In this document: positions 30,830 through 39,426 of the stretch, piece by piece
Position numbering within the stretch: the first letter of the stretch is position 1
How the letters are laid out: each line of letters begins with the position of its first letter
DNA from: Longimicrobiales bacterium
Lineage (GTDB): Bacteria > Gemmatimonadota > Gemmatimonadetes > Longimicrobiales > Gaopeijiaceae
Reading direction: 5' to 3'
Assembly: GCA_965197725.1 (NCBI GenBank)
Contig: CBDANQ010000057.1
Location: 64,547 to 128,546 of the forward strand
Length of the DNA: 64,000 nt
The notes under the pieces: model-generated
Database searches by the model: none
Told to the model about the DNA's origin: nothing
The model's input: the letters and a program-made list of their open reading frames with translations, nothing else
Program-made: the position numbers and the translations under genes

Positions 30830-33051
30830 TGCCCACGCTCGCTGCCAGCTCGTGTGGTTCCTGCGCCCAACATCGCGCGCAGAGCCTCGTTCGGCTGGGT
30901 CTCAGCCCTGACAAGTGGGACTATCTGATCGCGCTGGCTGGCAACCCCAACGTCGGCAAGAGCACGGTTTTCAACGCGCTGACGGGGCTGCGTCAGCACA
31001 CTGGAAACTGGCCCGGTAAGACGGTGGTTCGGGCAGAAGGTGTGTTCGCCTACGAGGGGGATCGCATAAAGGTCGTCGACCTTCCGGGCACGTACTCGCT
31101 GCAGGCCGGAAGCGTCGACGAGGAAGTGGCCCGGGACTTCGTACTGTTCGGTCGGCCGGACGTCACCGTCGTTGTCGTGGATGCTACGCGCCTCGAGCGC
31201 AACCTCAATCTCGTGCTCCAGATCAGGGAGATCACCGACAGGGTGGTGGTATTTCTCAACCTCACCGACGAGGCCCGCCGGCACGGGATCGCGATCGACG
31301 CCAAGAAGCTCGAAAATGAGCTGGGCGTGCCGGTTGTGCAGGGTGTGGCACGAGAGCGCCTCGGAATCGATGAGCTGCTCGAAGCGGTCCACGAAGTCGC
31401 GACAGGTGCTCGTTGCGGGCAGCAGATCCACATCGCGCGGCATGCACCGCGAGTCGAGCAGGCGATCGCTGGCCTCGTGCCAGTGATCGAGCGGATCTTC
31501 CCCGAGGTACCGAACCCGCGCTGGGTCGCGTTGCGGCTACTCAACGCGGACGAAGCGGTGCAGGAGGCTGTGCGCTCCGGTGAGCTCGGCCAGCTGTCTC
31601 GGGTCGATTCGGGTGAGCTGGTCGACCTGGCGCCCGAATCAGACCGGGAGCAGGTGCTCGACGCCGCCATGCGCCTGCGTTGGGACCTGCCGCCCGACTT
31701 CCACGACGTGGTCACGCGGCGGGCGTATGAGGCCGCGGAGGAAGTCGCGACTCGCGTCCAGATGGGCGGCCTCAAGAAAGCCGGATTCGCGTTCGATCGG
31801 AAGCTGGACGCGTGGCTCACGAGTCGGGTCTTCGGCTTTCCGCTGATGCTGTTGATCCTGGCGGTCGTGTTCTGGATCACCATCGAGGGCGCGAACGTGC
31901 CGTCGTCCATGTTGGCGACGCTGCTCGTGGACAACGGCCGTCCGTGGCTGCACGGGCTCGCCGCGGTGATATCACTGCCATGGTGGCTCGACGGATTCTT
32001 GATCGACGGAGTTTATCTCGCCACGGCGTGGGTAATTTCCGTGATGCTGCCGCCGATGGCGATCTTCTTCCCGCTGTTCACGCTGCTGGAAGACTTCGGG
32101 TATCTGCCGCGGGTGGCGTTCAATCTCGACTCGTTGTTCCAGAAAGCCGGCGCGCACGGCAAGCAGGCCCTGACGATGTGCATGGGCTTCGGCTGCAACG
32201 CCGCAGGCGTCGTCGCGACGCGCGTCATCGACTCCCCTCGCGAGCGTCTCATCGCGATCATCACCAACAACTTCTCTCTCTGTAACGGGCGTTGGCCGAC
32301 ACAGATCCTCATCGCGACCATCTTCATCGGGGCGCTCGCTCCCTCGCAGCTCGGCGGCCTGGTGAGCGCGAGCGCCGTGGTCGGCATCGCGCTGCTCGGC
32401 ATCGTGATGATGTTCTTTTCGTCGTGGATTCTTTCCCGGACGGTGCTGCGTGGAGAGGCGACGAGCTTCAGCCTCGAGCTGCCGCCGTACCGCCCGCCCC
32501 GCGTTCTCCAGACCCTCTACACGTCGGTCATCGACCGGACTCTGATCGTACTCTGGCGCGCCGTGATCTTCGCGATCCCAGCCGGTGCGGTCATATGGCT
32601 CATATCGAACATCACCGTCGGTGGGCTGACCCTCGCGCACCACTCGGTGACCTGGCTGGACCCCCTCGGCCTTCTGCTCGGCATGAACGGCGTGATCCTG
32701 CTCGCCTACGTCGTCGCGATACCGGCGAACGAGATCGTCATCCCGACGATCCTGATGCTGACCGTTCTCACGGGCGCTGGGGCGGGAGGCGAGGGGGCTG
32801 GCGTGATGTTCGAGTACGGCAGCGTGAGCGTAACCGGGGAGCTGCTGCGCGGCGGAGGTTGGACGCTGTTGACCGCCGTGAGCCTCATGCTCTTCAGCCT
32901 ACTGCATAACCCGTGCTCCACGACGATTTATACGATCTACAGGGAGACACGCAGCGCGAAGTGGACTACGGTTGCGACGCTCATGCCCGTCGCGATGGGC
33001 GTCACCGTCTGCTTCTTGGTGACCCAGGTCTGGAGGCTTCTCGGGGCGTAG
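30829..33051 (+). CDS. feoB: Ferrous iron/manganese transporter FeoB (copy 1)
   Basis: GNPNVGKST, GNWPGKTV, DLPGTYS, LEDFGYLPR, GFGCN, ELPPYR. Confidence 0.93.
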   Translation: MPTLAASSCGSCAQHRAQSLVRLGLSPDKWDYLIALAGNPNVGKSTVFNALTGLRQHTGNWPGKTVVRAEGVFAYEGDRIKVVDLPGTYSLQAGSVDEEVARDFVLFGRPDVTVVVVDATRLERNLNLVLQIREITDRVVVFLNLTDEARRHGIAIDAKKLENELGVPVVQGVARERLGIDELLEAVHEVATGARCGQQIHIARHAPRVEQAIAGLVPVIERIFPEVPNPRWVALRLLNADEAVQEAVRSGELGQLSRVDSGELVDLAPESDREQVLDAAMRLRWDLPPDFHDVVTRRAYEAAEEVATRVQMGGLKKAGFAFDRKLDAWLTSRVFGFPLMLLILAVVFWITIEGANVPSSMLATLLVDNGRPWLHGLAAVISLPWWLDGFLIDGVYLATAWVISVMLPPMAIFFPLFTLLEDFGYLPRVAFNLDSLFQKAGAHGKQALTMCMGFGCNAAGVVATRVIDSPRERLIAIITNNFSLCNGRWPTQILIATIFIGALAPSQLGGLVSASAVVGIALLGIVMMFFSSWILSRTVLRGEATSFSLELPPYRPPRVLQTLYTSVIDRTLIVLWRAVIFAIPAGAVIWLISNITVGGLTLAHHSVTWLDPLGLLLGMNGVILLAYVVAIPANEIVIPTILMLTVLTGAGAGGEGAGVMFEYGSVSVTGELLRGGGWTLLTAVSLMLFSLLHNPCSTTIYTIYRETRSAKWTTVATLMPVAMGVTVCFLVTQVWRLLGA

Positions 33052-33130
33052 GCGAAGTTTTCGGGGTCCCGGGCCCGGCCCTCGCGCGAGGGCTCCGCCC
33101 CTGAGTTCAACAACCTTCCAGGTACGCCCC

Positions 33131-33949
33131 ATGCCCGATATCAACGAACTCGTCGACATCGTTTCCGAGGTCGTCGCCCAATGGACTCCCAGGGTCCTGG
33201 GTTCGCTCCTTCTTCTAATCGGTGGCTGGATGATCGCCGGCCGCATGAAACGCTTCGCCACGAAGGCACTGTCGGCCTCGGCGCTGGACGACATCCTCGT
33301 CCCGTTCCTGGCCGGCATGATCCATGTCACGATCATCGTGCTCGTGGCGATCGCGGCCGTGGGCGTACTGGGGGTGAACACGGCTTCGTTCGTCGCGGTG
33401 TTGGGTGCCGCGGGCCTTGCGGTCGCCTTGGCGTTCCAGGACACGTTCTCGAACTTCGCTGCCGGCGTGATGCTGCTCACATTCCGTCCGTTCCACGTCG
33501 GCAACTACGTGGACGTGGGCGGAACCGCGGGAACCGTCCGTGAGGTGGGCATCTTCACGTGTCTGCTCACGACCGGCGACAACGTTCAGATCCGCGTCCC
33601 GAACTCGAAGATCTTCGGTCACACGATCGCCAACTACTCCGTCAGCGACACGCGGCGCATCGATCTGTCGATCGGGGTGGGCTACGGCGACGACTTGGGC
33701 ACGGCGATTCGCACGTGCATGGACGTACTTGCTGCCGACCGTCGCGTCCTCGACGACCCGGAGGCGGTGGTGGCGGTGAACGAGCTCGGGGACTCTTCGG
33801 TGCAGCTCGTGGTACGGCCCTGGGTCCAGAGGACGGACTACGGGTCGACGCGGTGGGACCTGATCCGGGCGCTCAAGGAGAACCTCGAGGCCGCCGGCTG
33901 CACCTTGCCGTATCCGCACCGGGATGTGCATCTGCACGAGGTCGGTTAG
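33131..33949 (+). CDS. mscS: Small-conductance mechanosensitive channel
   Basis: LGAAGLAVALAFQ, NFAAGV, RPF, VPNS, RRIDL, PYP. Confidence 0.92.
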   Translation: MPDINELVDIVSEVVAQWTPRVLGSLLLLIGGWMIAGRMKRFATKALSASALDDILVPFLAGMIHVTIIVLVAIAAVGVLGVNTASFVAVLGAAGLAVALAFQDTFSNFAAGVMLLTFRPFHVGNYVDVGGTAGTVREVGIFTCLLTTGDNVQIRVPNSKIFGHTIANYSVSDTRRIDLSIGVGYGDDLGTAIRTCMDVLAADRRVLDDPEAVVAVNELGDSSVQLVVRPWVQRTDYGSTRWDLIRALKENLEAAGCTLPYPHRDVHLHEVG

Positions 33950-34042
33950 CTGCCTGTCACGAACCCTGACCAGCTGGTTCTAATGCCCGCATTTCGCGCG
34001 GCAGGGCGTCTTTCGTGAAGGGACTGCGTCGTATACCTTAGT

Positions 34043-34063
34043 TGAGAGTTAATTTCATTCTCA
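34043..34063. promoter_or_regulatory. Fur-like box upstream of feoA-feoB2
   Basis: AT-rich imperfect palindrome TGAGAGTTAATTTCATTCTCA just after a -10-like TATACC and before the RBS. Confidence 0.5.
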
Positions 34064-34078
34064 GGTAGGGCTCCGCTC

Positions 34079-34366
34079 GTGGACACACTTGCACGACTTC
34101 CGACCGTCTCCGCAACCGCCCCGTCCGGGGCGGTTGCGGAACTGCGTCTCGGCCAGGTGCCCCTGCGTCAGACGGTGGAGCTCGTCAGCATCGATTTGCC
34201 TCCACACCAGGCCGAGCCCCTACTCGAGCGTGGAGTCCTTCCGGGATGTCGTATCTGCCCCATTCGCTCGTCCCCGTCCGGAGACCCGATCATCTCCATC
34301 GACGGCTCGCTGCTAGCGCTTCGTAAGGAGACCGCCGCGTGTTTGTGTGTGCGTCTCCTGAATTAG
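34079..34366 (+). CDS. feoA: FeoA family protein
   Basis: LLERGVLPG...SPSGDPI...LALRK. Confidence 0.85.
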   Translation: MDTLARLPTVSATAPSGAVAELRLGQVPLRQTVELVSIDLPPHQAEPLLERGVLPGCRICPIRSSPSGDPIISIDGSLLALRKETAACLCVRLLN

Positions 34367-34398
34367 TTCCAGGACGCGGGCTGAGCTAGACGCCTCCA

Positions 34399-36333
34399 TT
34401 GGTTGAGCTGCTCGCTGTCCCGGAAGGCGGACGCGTCGCCTCCGGCGCCGCCGTCCAGGAAGCAGCCCCGACACCGCTCGTCGCCCTGATCGGGCCGCCC
34501 AACTCGGGTAAGACCACCCTCTTCAATCAGCTCACTGGTCTCCGGCAGAAGGTCGCCAACTATCCCGGAGTCACCGTCGAGAAGAAGGTCGGCAAGGTGG
34601 CGTTGCCGGACGGTGGGGAACTCAACCTCGTCGATCTCCCGGGTGTCCACGGATTTTCTGCGCGCACGCTCGACGAGAAGATCACGCGAGACGTGCTCGA
34701 AGGACGAGTCGAGGGCATCCGCGCCCCTGATGCGCTTGTGCTCATCGTCGACTCCACGCGCCTCGAGAGCCAGCTCATGCTGGTCGAGCCCGTGCTCGAG
34801 CTCGACTTGCCGACGCTGCTCGTGCTCAACATGGCGGACGAGTTGGAGGAGCGCGGCGGGCTGGTGGACGATGCCCCCCTGGCAGAGCGCCTGGGCGTGA
34901 AGGTCGTGCGCACCAGCGCCCGCGCCGGATTGGGGGTGGATGCGGTGCGGAAATTCCTCGCGACGGATGTGGCCGTCACCGAGCCTGCGTACGCTGTGCA
35001 GCCGCGGACTCTGACCAACGTTCCCCGAGGTGTCGCCCTGCCGATGGTGGACGCCTTCAAGGCTCGGCGAGCGAGGGTCCGCGAAGTCGTCGAGGAGGCG
35101 GCCTTCAGGCCTCCAGGGCCGTCCGACTTCAGCGAGCGGCTCGACCACCTCTTCCTGCACCGGGTTTGGGGTCCGCTCGTTTTCCTCGCCGTGGTGGTCC
35201 TCGTCTTCGAGTCGATCTTCACGTGGGCGGTGCCGCTCATGGATGGTGTCGAGTTCGCCGTCGGCACCTCGGGCGACTGGCTGACCACCACCCTGCCCGA
35301 CACATGGTTTCGATCTCTGCTCGTCGATGGCGTGTGGGCGGGGGTCGGGTCCGTGGTGATCTTCTTGCCGCAGATCCTCGTCCTCTTCCTCTTCCTGGGG
35401 GTGTTGGAGGACTCCGGATACATGGCTCGGGCGGCGGTCATCGCGGACCGCATGATGTACCGAGCCGGGCTCCAGGGCAGGGCCTTCCTGCCGCTTCTGT
35501 CAGGATACGCCTGTGCCGTACCAGCGATCCTCGCCGCGCGCACGGTTGAGGACGAGCGGGACCGCCTCGCGACAATCTTCGTGACGCCCTTCATGACGTG
35601 TTCGGCACGGTTGCCGGTGTACGCTTTGCTGATCGCGGCGTTCATCCCGGACGAGCCGCTCCTCGGTCCAATCATGGGAACGCGAGCCGCTGTGTTGCTG
35701 GGGCTATATGGCCTCGGGATCGTCGCGGCGATCAGTACTGCCTTCCTGCTCAAGCGCACGCTGCTCAGGGCCGAGCCGACGACGTTCCTAATGGAGCTGC
35801 CACCCTATCGCATCCCGTCGCTCCGGTCGCTCGGGCTTAGGCTCCTGGACCGGAGCGGGATCTTCTTGAAGCGCGTCGGAAAGGTCATCTTCACCGTCGC
35901 GATCGTACTGTGGACGCTGACGCAGTTCCCGCGCACCGAGCTGGGTCCGCCGCTGATCGACGACAGCGCGCTGGCGAGCATCGGCCACGTCATCGAACCG
36001 GCGATCGCCCCGCTCGGCTTCGACTGGAAGATCGGTGTGGGTTTGGTGACCTCGCTCGCCGCTCGCGAGGTGATCGTCGGTACGCTTGGGACGATCTACG
36101 GAGTCGAGGGGGCGGGCGACGAGTCGTTTGCGTTGCGGGATGCGCTCGCCGAGGCCATGACACCGGCGGCCGCGATCGGGCTGCTGATCTTCTTTGCGTT
36201 CGCCCTTCAGTGCATGTCGACCGTCGCGGTCATGCGGCGTGAGACAGCCGGGTGGCAGTGGCCCGTGCTCCAGTTCACGTACATGCTGGTGCTCGCGTAC
36301 GCCGGCGCGTTCATCGCCGTTCGTGTCTTCTAG
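34399..36333 (+). CDS. feoB: Ferrous iron transporter FeoB (copy 2)
   Basis: GPPNSGKTT, ANYPGVTVE, DLPG, NMAD, EDSGYMAR, PFMTCSARLPVY, AAREV. Confidence 0.95.
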   Translation: MVELLAVPEGGRVASGAAVQEAAPTPLVALIGPPNSGKTTLFNQLTGLRQKVANYPGVTVEKKVGKVALPDGGELNLVDLPGVHGFSARTLDEKITRDVLEGRVEGIRAPDALVLIVDSTRLESQLMLVEPVLELDLPTLLVLNMADELEERGGLVDDAPLAERLGVKVVRTSARAGLGVDAVRKFLATDVAVTEPAYAVQPRTLTNVPRGVALPMVDAFKARRARVREVVEEAAFRPPGPSDFSERLDHLFLHRVWGPLVFLAVVVLVFESIFTWAVPLMDGVEFAVGTSGDWLTTTLPDTWFRSLLVDGVWAGVGSVVIFLPQILVLFLFLGVLEDSGYMARAAVIADRMMYRAGLQGRAFLPLLSGYACAVPAILAARTVEDERDRLATIFVTPFMTCSARLPVYALLIAAFIPDEPLLGPIMGTRAAVLLGLYGLGIVAAISTAFLLKRTLLRAEPTTFLMELPPYRIPSLRSLGLRLLDRSGIFLKRVGKVIFTVAIVLWTLTQFPRTELGPPLIDDSALASIGHVIEPAIAPLGFDWKIGVGLVTSLAAREVIVGTLGTIYGVEGAGDESFALRDALAEAMTPAAAIGLLIFFAFALQCMSTVAVMRRETAGWQWPVLQFTYMLVLAYAGAFIAVRVF

Positions 36334-36502
36334 TCGCGGCTCGCGCTACCCTCCTTCAGCCGCGGGCCGCTGGACGGACGCTTCCTTTTGCGTGACTTCC
36401 ATCGACCCGCCAGTACCGCGTATAGTACGGTAGCCGAATGCGAGGCGAGGCTCCTGCCTGCGCGTCCATTCTTCCCCCATCTCCATCTCTGGAAAGAAGC
36501 TG

Positions 36503-37162
36503 ATGAGAAAGAGCGTTCTGACACTCTCGACCGCGCTGCTCCTTGCTGTCCCGGCCACGGTTTCGGCGCAGAGCTTTGGCATCGCCGCGCGCGCGGGCAC
36601 ACTTGGCCTAGGTGGCGAATTAGCTCTCGGGCTCACCGACGCGTTCGTCATCCGCGGCGGTGCCGGACTCATGCCATTCGAGCCTAGCACGAGCATCGAG
36701 GATATCGACGTCACGCTAACATTGCCTGAGTGGTACAACGTCGGGGTGGACCTGTATCTCGGCGGTTCGTTCCGGATCGGCGGGGGCATTCTGTTCAAGT
36801 CCGACGACCCCACGGTCGAGGGCGATTTCACCGCTGACCAAGACATCGGTGGGCGTTCCTTCACGCCCGCAGAGCTCGGTACGCTCACTGGCGTCCTCGG
36901 TTCAAAAGATAGCGCGCCATACGTGCTGATAGGCTTCGGCAATCATATCTCCTCAGGCGTCGGGCTCTTCCTGGACCTCGGCGTGGCGTTCCTAGGTGAT
37001 CCTGAGATCAGCCTGGATGCCGTGGGGGGTACGTTCAGTGATCGGGCCGAGTTGGACTCTCGCTTGGACGCCGAGGCTCTCGACTGGGAGGAATCGGCCG
37101 GTTCATACCTCAACTATTGGCCAATTCTCAATCTTGGTTTGCGCATCGGTATAGGCGGCTGA
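36503..37162 (+). CDS. Secreted, probable outer-membrane beta-barrel protein
   Basis: Signal peptide ending VSA-Q; AGTLGLGGE start, APYVLIGFG, alternating C-terminal strand. Confidence 0.7.
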   Translation: MRKSVLTLSTALLLAVPATVSAQSFGIAARAGTLGLGGELALGLTDAFVIRGGAGLMPFEPSTSIEDIDVTLTLPEWYNVGVDLYLGGSFRIGGGILFKSDDPTVEGDFTADQDIGGRSFTPAELGTLTGVLGSKDSAPYVLIGFGNHISSGVGLFLDLGVAFLGDPEISLDAVGGTFSDRAELDSRLDAEALDWEESAGSYLNYWPILNLGLRIGIGG

Positions 37163-37189
37163 TCCGTTCATGCCGAAGGGCGGAACGGG

Positions 37190-37217
37190 CGCCCGTGCGG
37201 CTTCAGCCGCGCGGGCG
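37190..37217. terminator. Hairpin between convergent genes
   Basis: CGCCCGTGCGGC-TTCA-GCCGCGCGGGCG. Confidence 0.5.
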
Positions 37218-37225
37218 TTCTCTCG

Positions 37226-38665
37226 TCAAGGGTTGGATGGCACCCGCGGCACACCTGTTCGGGACCATACGCGGGAGGCCACGATCGCCGACAGCGCGAG
37301 GAAAATCGGCTCGATCACGAACTTGAAGCGCAGGTTCTCCCCCAGCTCCATCGCGCACGCGATCACGATCGTGTAGCAGATGATGGCGGCCATGAAGAGC
37401 GGTGCCGCGTCACTCCGGATCCGTTGCAAAGCGTCCCGGGGACGCAGCTTCCGCGTGACCTGGAAGCCGTAGAGCAACAGCACGGCGGGAAAGAGCAGGA
37501 AGTAGAGGGACCCGTAATAGCCAGTGCCGAGGGCGTTCTCGAGACGCGCTACGAGAGGTCGGCCAAGGATCGTTTGCTCAATCGCAACGTGCAGCTTGAT
37601 GTGGTCCCGGTTGTCCGCCAGGTGGGCGAAGTCCGTCGAGGGTGTGGCAAAGTTTCCATATGCGGTGATCACGTTGCGCAGGTACTGAGTCGGCGAGGCC
37701 TTGATGAGCAGTACCGCGCTAGAACGGTAGTCCCTGGAAATCGCCGGGATGTTGATGTTGTGCGAGTCGTTCCCAGACAGCACCGGAATCGGGCTCTCCT
37801 CGTCGTATCCGAGGTGACGGTATTCGATTGGAGCCGCGAATGCCTCCACGCGCACGACAGGGCTCACCGTGGCACTGTTGAAGAGCTCGTCCAGCACCGC
37901 GGGGTCCTGGTCGAAAAGCGCCGTCCTCCAGAGTCCCATTCCGTACCAACTGCTCGCGCCGAAGAAGCCGTATTGAATGTGGTTTTTCCCGTACCAGGCG
38001 GTCGGTAGAAGCGCGAGCACGAGCAGCAGCGCCAACTGCCGGCGCGTCGGTCGCCCGATGAGCAAGAGCGCGAGAGGGACCACTCCGAGCAAAAGGATCA
38101 AGTGATAGACGCTCCTGGTCATGATCAACGCGACAACAACGGCGACGAAGCCCAGTGCGGCTCGTCCGCCCTCGTCCTCCTGCGCGCGCGTGACCAGATA
38201 TGCCGCGCTCGTTACGAGAAACGCGGCGGCAGTTGTATACAGTGCGTAGGCCTCGAACAGGAAGAGGGCTGGATGGAGTGCGACGACGAGGCCGGTGATG
38301 AGCGCGACACGTGGAGCTCGGGTCACGCGACCGACGATCTGGACGCACAGGCCGGCGGTCGCCGTGCCGAGGGCGATGTGCAGAGCTTGCAACGCTTGCA
38401 TGTGTAGGGAGCCGAATAACTTGATCAGCACCGCACCCAAGATGTTCCACAGCGGCGGTTGCCCGTGCATGTACCAGATGCTTTCGGCCGCGCGGGTGCG
38501 TAGCAGCTCGGTCGGCAAACTCTGCGAGAACCAGCCCCACTTATCGGGGCCGAAGTCGTGAACGATCGTGACGCCGAGCACCAGCCAATACAGCACCGCG
38601 ACCACGACGTGCACGGTGCCCACAAGCATGGTGGGGCGTTTGAGCGTGTCGTGGTGGTGAGGCAT
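37226..38665 (-). CDS. Polytopic membrane protein (GT-C/PMT-like glycosyltransferase candidate)
   Basis: Many TM helices; HGQPPLWN, ALHP...E, TRS, ENLRF patterns. Confidence 0.6.
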   Translation of the reverse strand: MPHHHDTLKRPTMLVGTVHVVVAVLYWLVLGVTIVHDFGPDKWGWFSQSLPTELLRTRAAESIWYMHGQPPLWNILGAVLIKLFGSLHMQALQALHIALGTATAGLCVQIVGRVTRAPRVALITGLVVALHPALFLFEAYALYTTAAAFLVTSAAYLVTRAQEDEGGRAALGFVAVVVALIMTRSVYHLILLLGVVPLALLLIGRPTRRQLALLLVLALLPTAWYGKNHIQYGFFGASSWYGMGLWRTALFDQDPAVLDELFNSATVSPVVRVEAFAAPIEYRHLGYDEESPIPVLSGNDSHNINIPAISRDYRSSAVLLIKASPTQYLRNVITAYGNFATPSTDFAHLADNRDHIKLHVAIEQTILGRPLVARLENALGTGYYGSLYFLLFPAVLLLYGFQVTRKLRPRDALQRIRSDAAPLFMAAIICYTIVIACAMELGENLRFKFVIEPIFLALSAIVASRVWSRTGVPRVPSNP

Positions 38666-38686
38666 GGCAGAAGATAGTGTTAGAGG

Positions 38687-39373
38687 ATGTCCGCCCAAGC
38701 CACTGACCATCGATTCGTGGCGACGCAGTCCTCCGGAGAGGTCTCAGCCATTCTCGTGCGACCCGAGGCTGCTCGCGCTCTTTACGTGTTCGGGCATGGG
38801 GCGGGTGCGGGTATGCGACACGTCTTCATGGAGACTGTCGCCGAGAAGCTGGAGGAACTGGGCATCGCGACGTTCCGATACCACTTCCCGTACATGGAAG
38901 CCGGCCGGAGAGGGCCGAACCACGCGCCGATCCTCTTGAAGACGGTGCGCTCCGCGGTGGCCGAGGCGGCGTCGCTCGAGCCCGAGCTCCCTCTGCTGGC
39001 TGGAGGGAAGTCAATGGGAGGGCGCATGACTTCTGCCGCGGCCTCGACCCAGCCGCTGCCACGTGTGCTCGGACTCGCTTTTTTCGGCTTTCCACTGCAC
39101 GCGCCCGGCCGGGACTCCGATGAGCGGGGCGCTCACCTCGCGGACGTCGGCCTCCCGATGCTCTTCCTGCAGGGTACCAGAGACAGGCTCGCGAGACTCG
39201 ATCTGCTCGAGCCGTTGCTGGGACGCGTGAAGCCGCGGCCGACGCTCCACGTGGTGGAGAGCGCCGACCACGGCTTTCACGTCACCAAGAAGTCCGGCCG
39301 CACCGACGACGAGGTCCTCGACGAGATGTGCTCTCGCTTATCCGACTGGGTCTCTGAGGTCGCCTCCGCGTAG
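38687..39373 (+). CDS. Alpha/beta hydrolase (KANSL3/Tex30-like)
   Basis: HGAGAG, GGKSMGGR nucleophile elbow, QGTRD, ADHGF. Confidence 0.9.
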   Translation: MSAQATDHRFVATQSSGEVSAILVRPEAARALYVFGHGAGAGMRHVFMETVAEKLEELGIATFRYHFPYMEAGRRGPNHAPILLKTVRSAVAEAASLEPELPLLAGGKSMGGRMTSAAASTQPLPRVLGLAFFGFPLHAPGRDSDERGAHLADVGLPMLFLQGTRDRLARLDLLEPLLGRVKPRPTLHVVESADHGFHVTKKSGRTDDEVLDEMCSRLSDWVSEVASA

Positions 39374-39426
39374 CAGCCCGCTCGTTGTGGGAAGAGCCGA
39401 TGGGTTGCATCGGGGTTGTGGCGCCC

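Noticed and set aside
36335..37217. REP family based on GCGGC-TTC(A/G)-GCCGC hairpins (also near 62171)
   Set aside because: Short, few and dissimilar; adequately explained as GC-rich terminator hairpins
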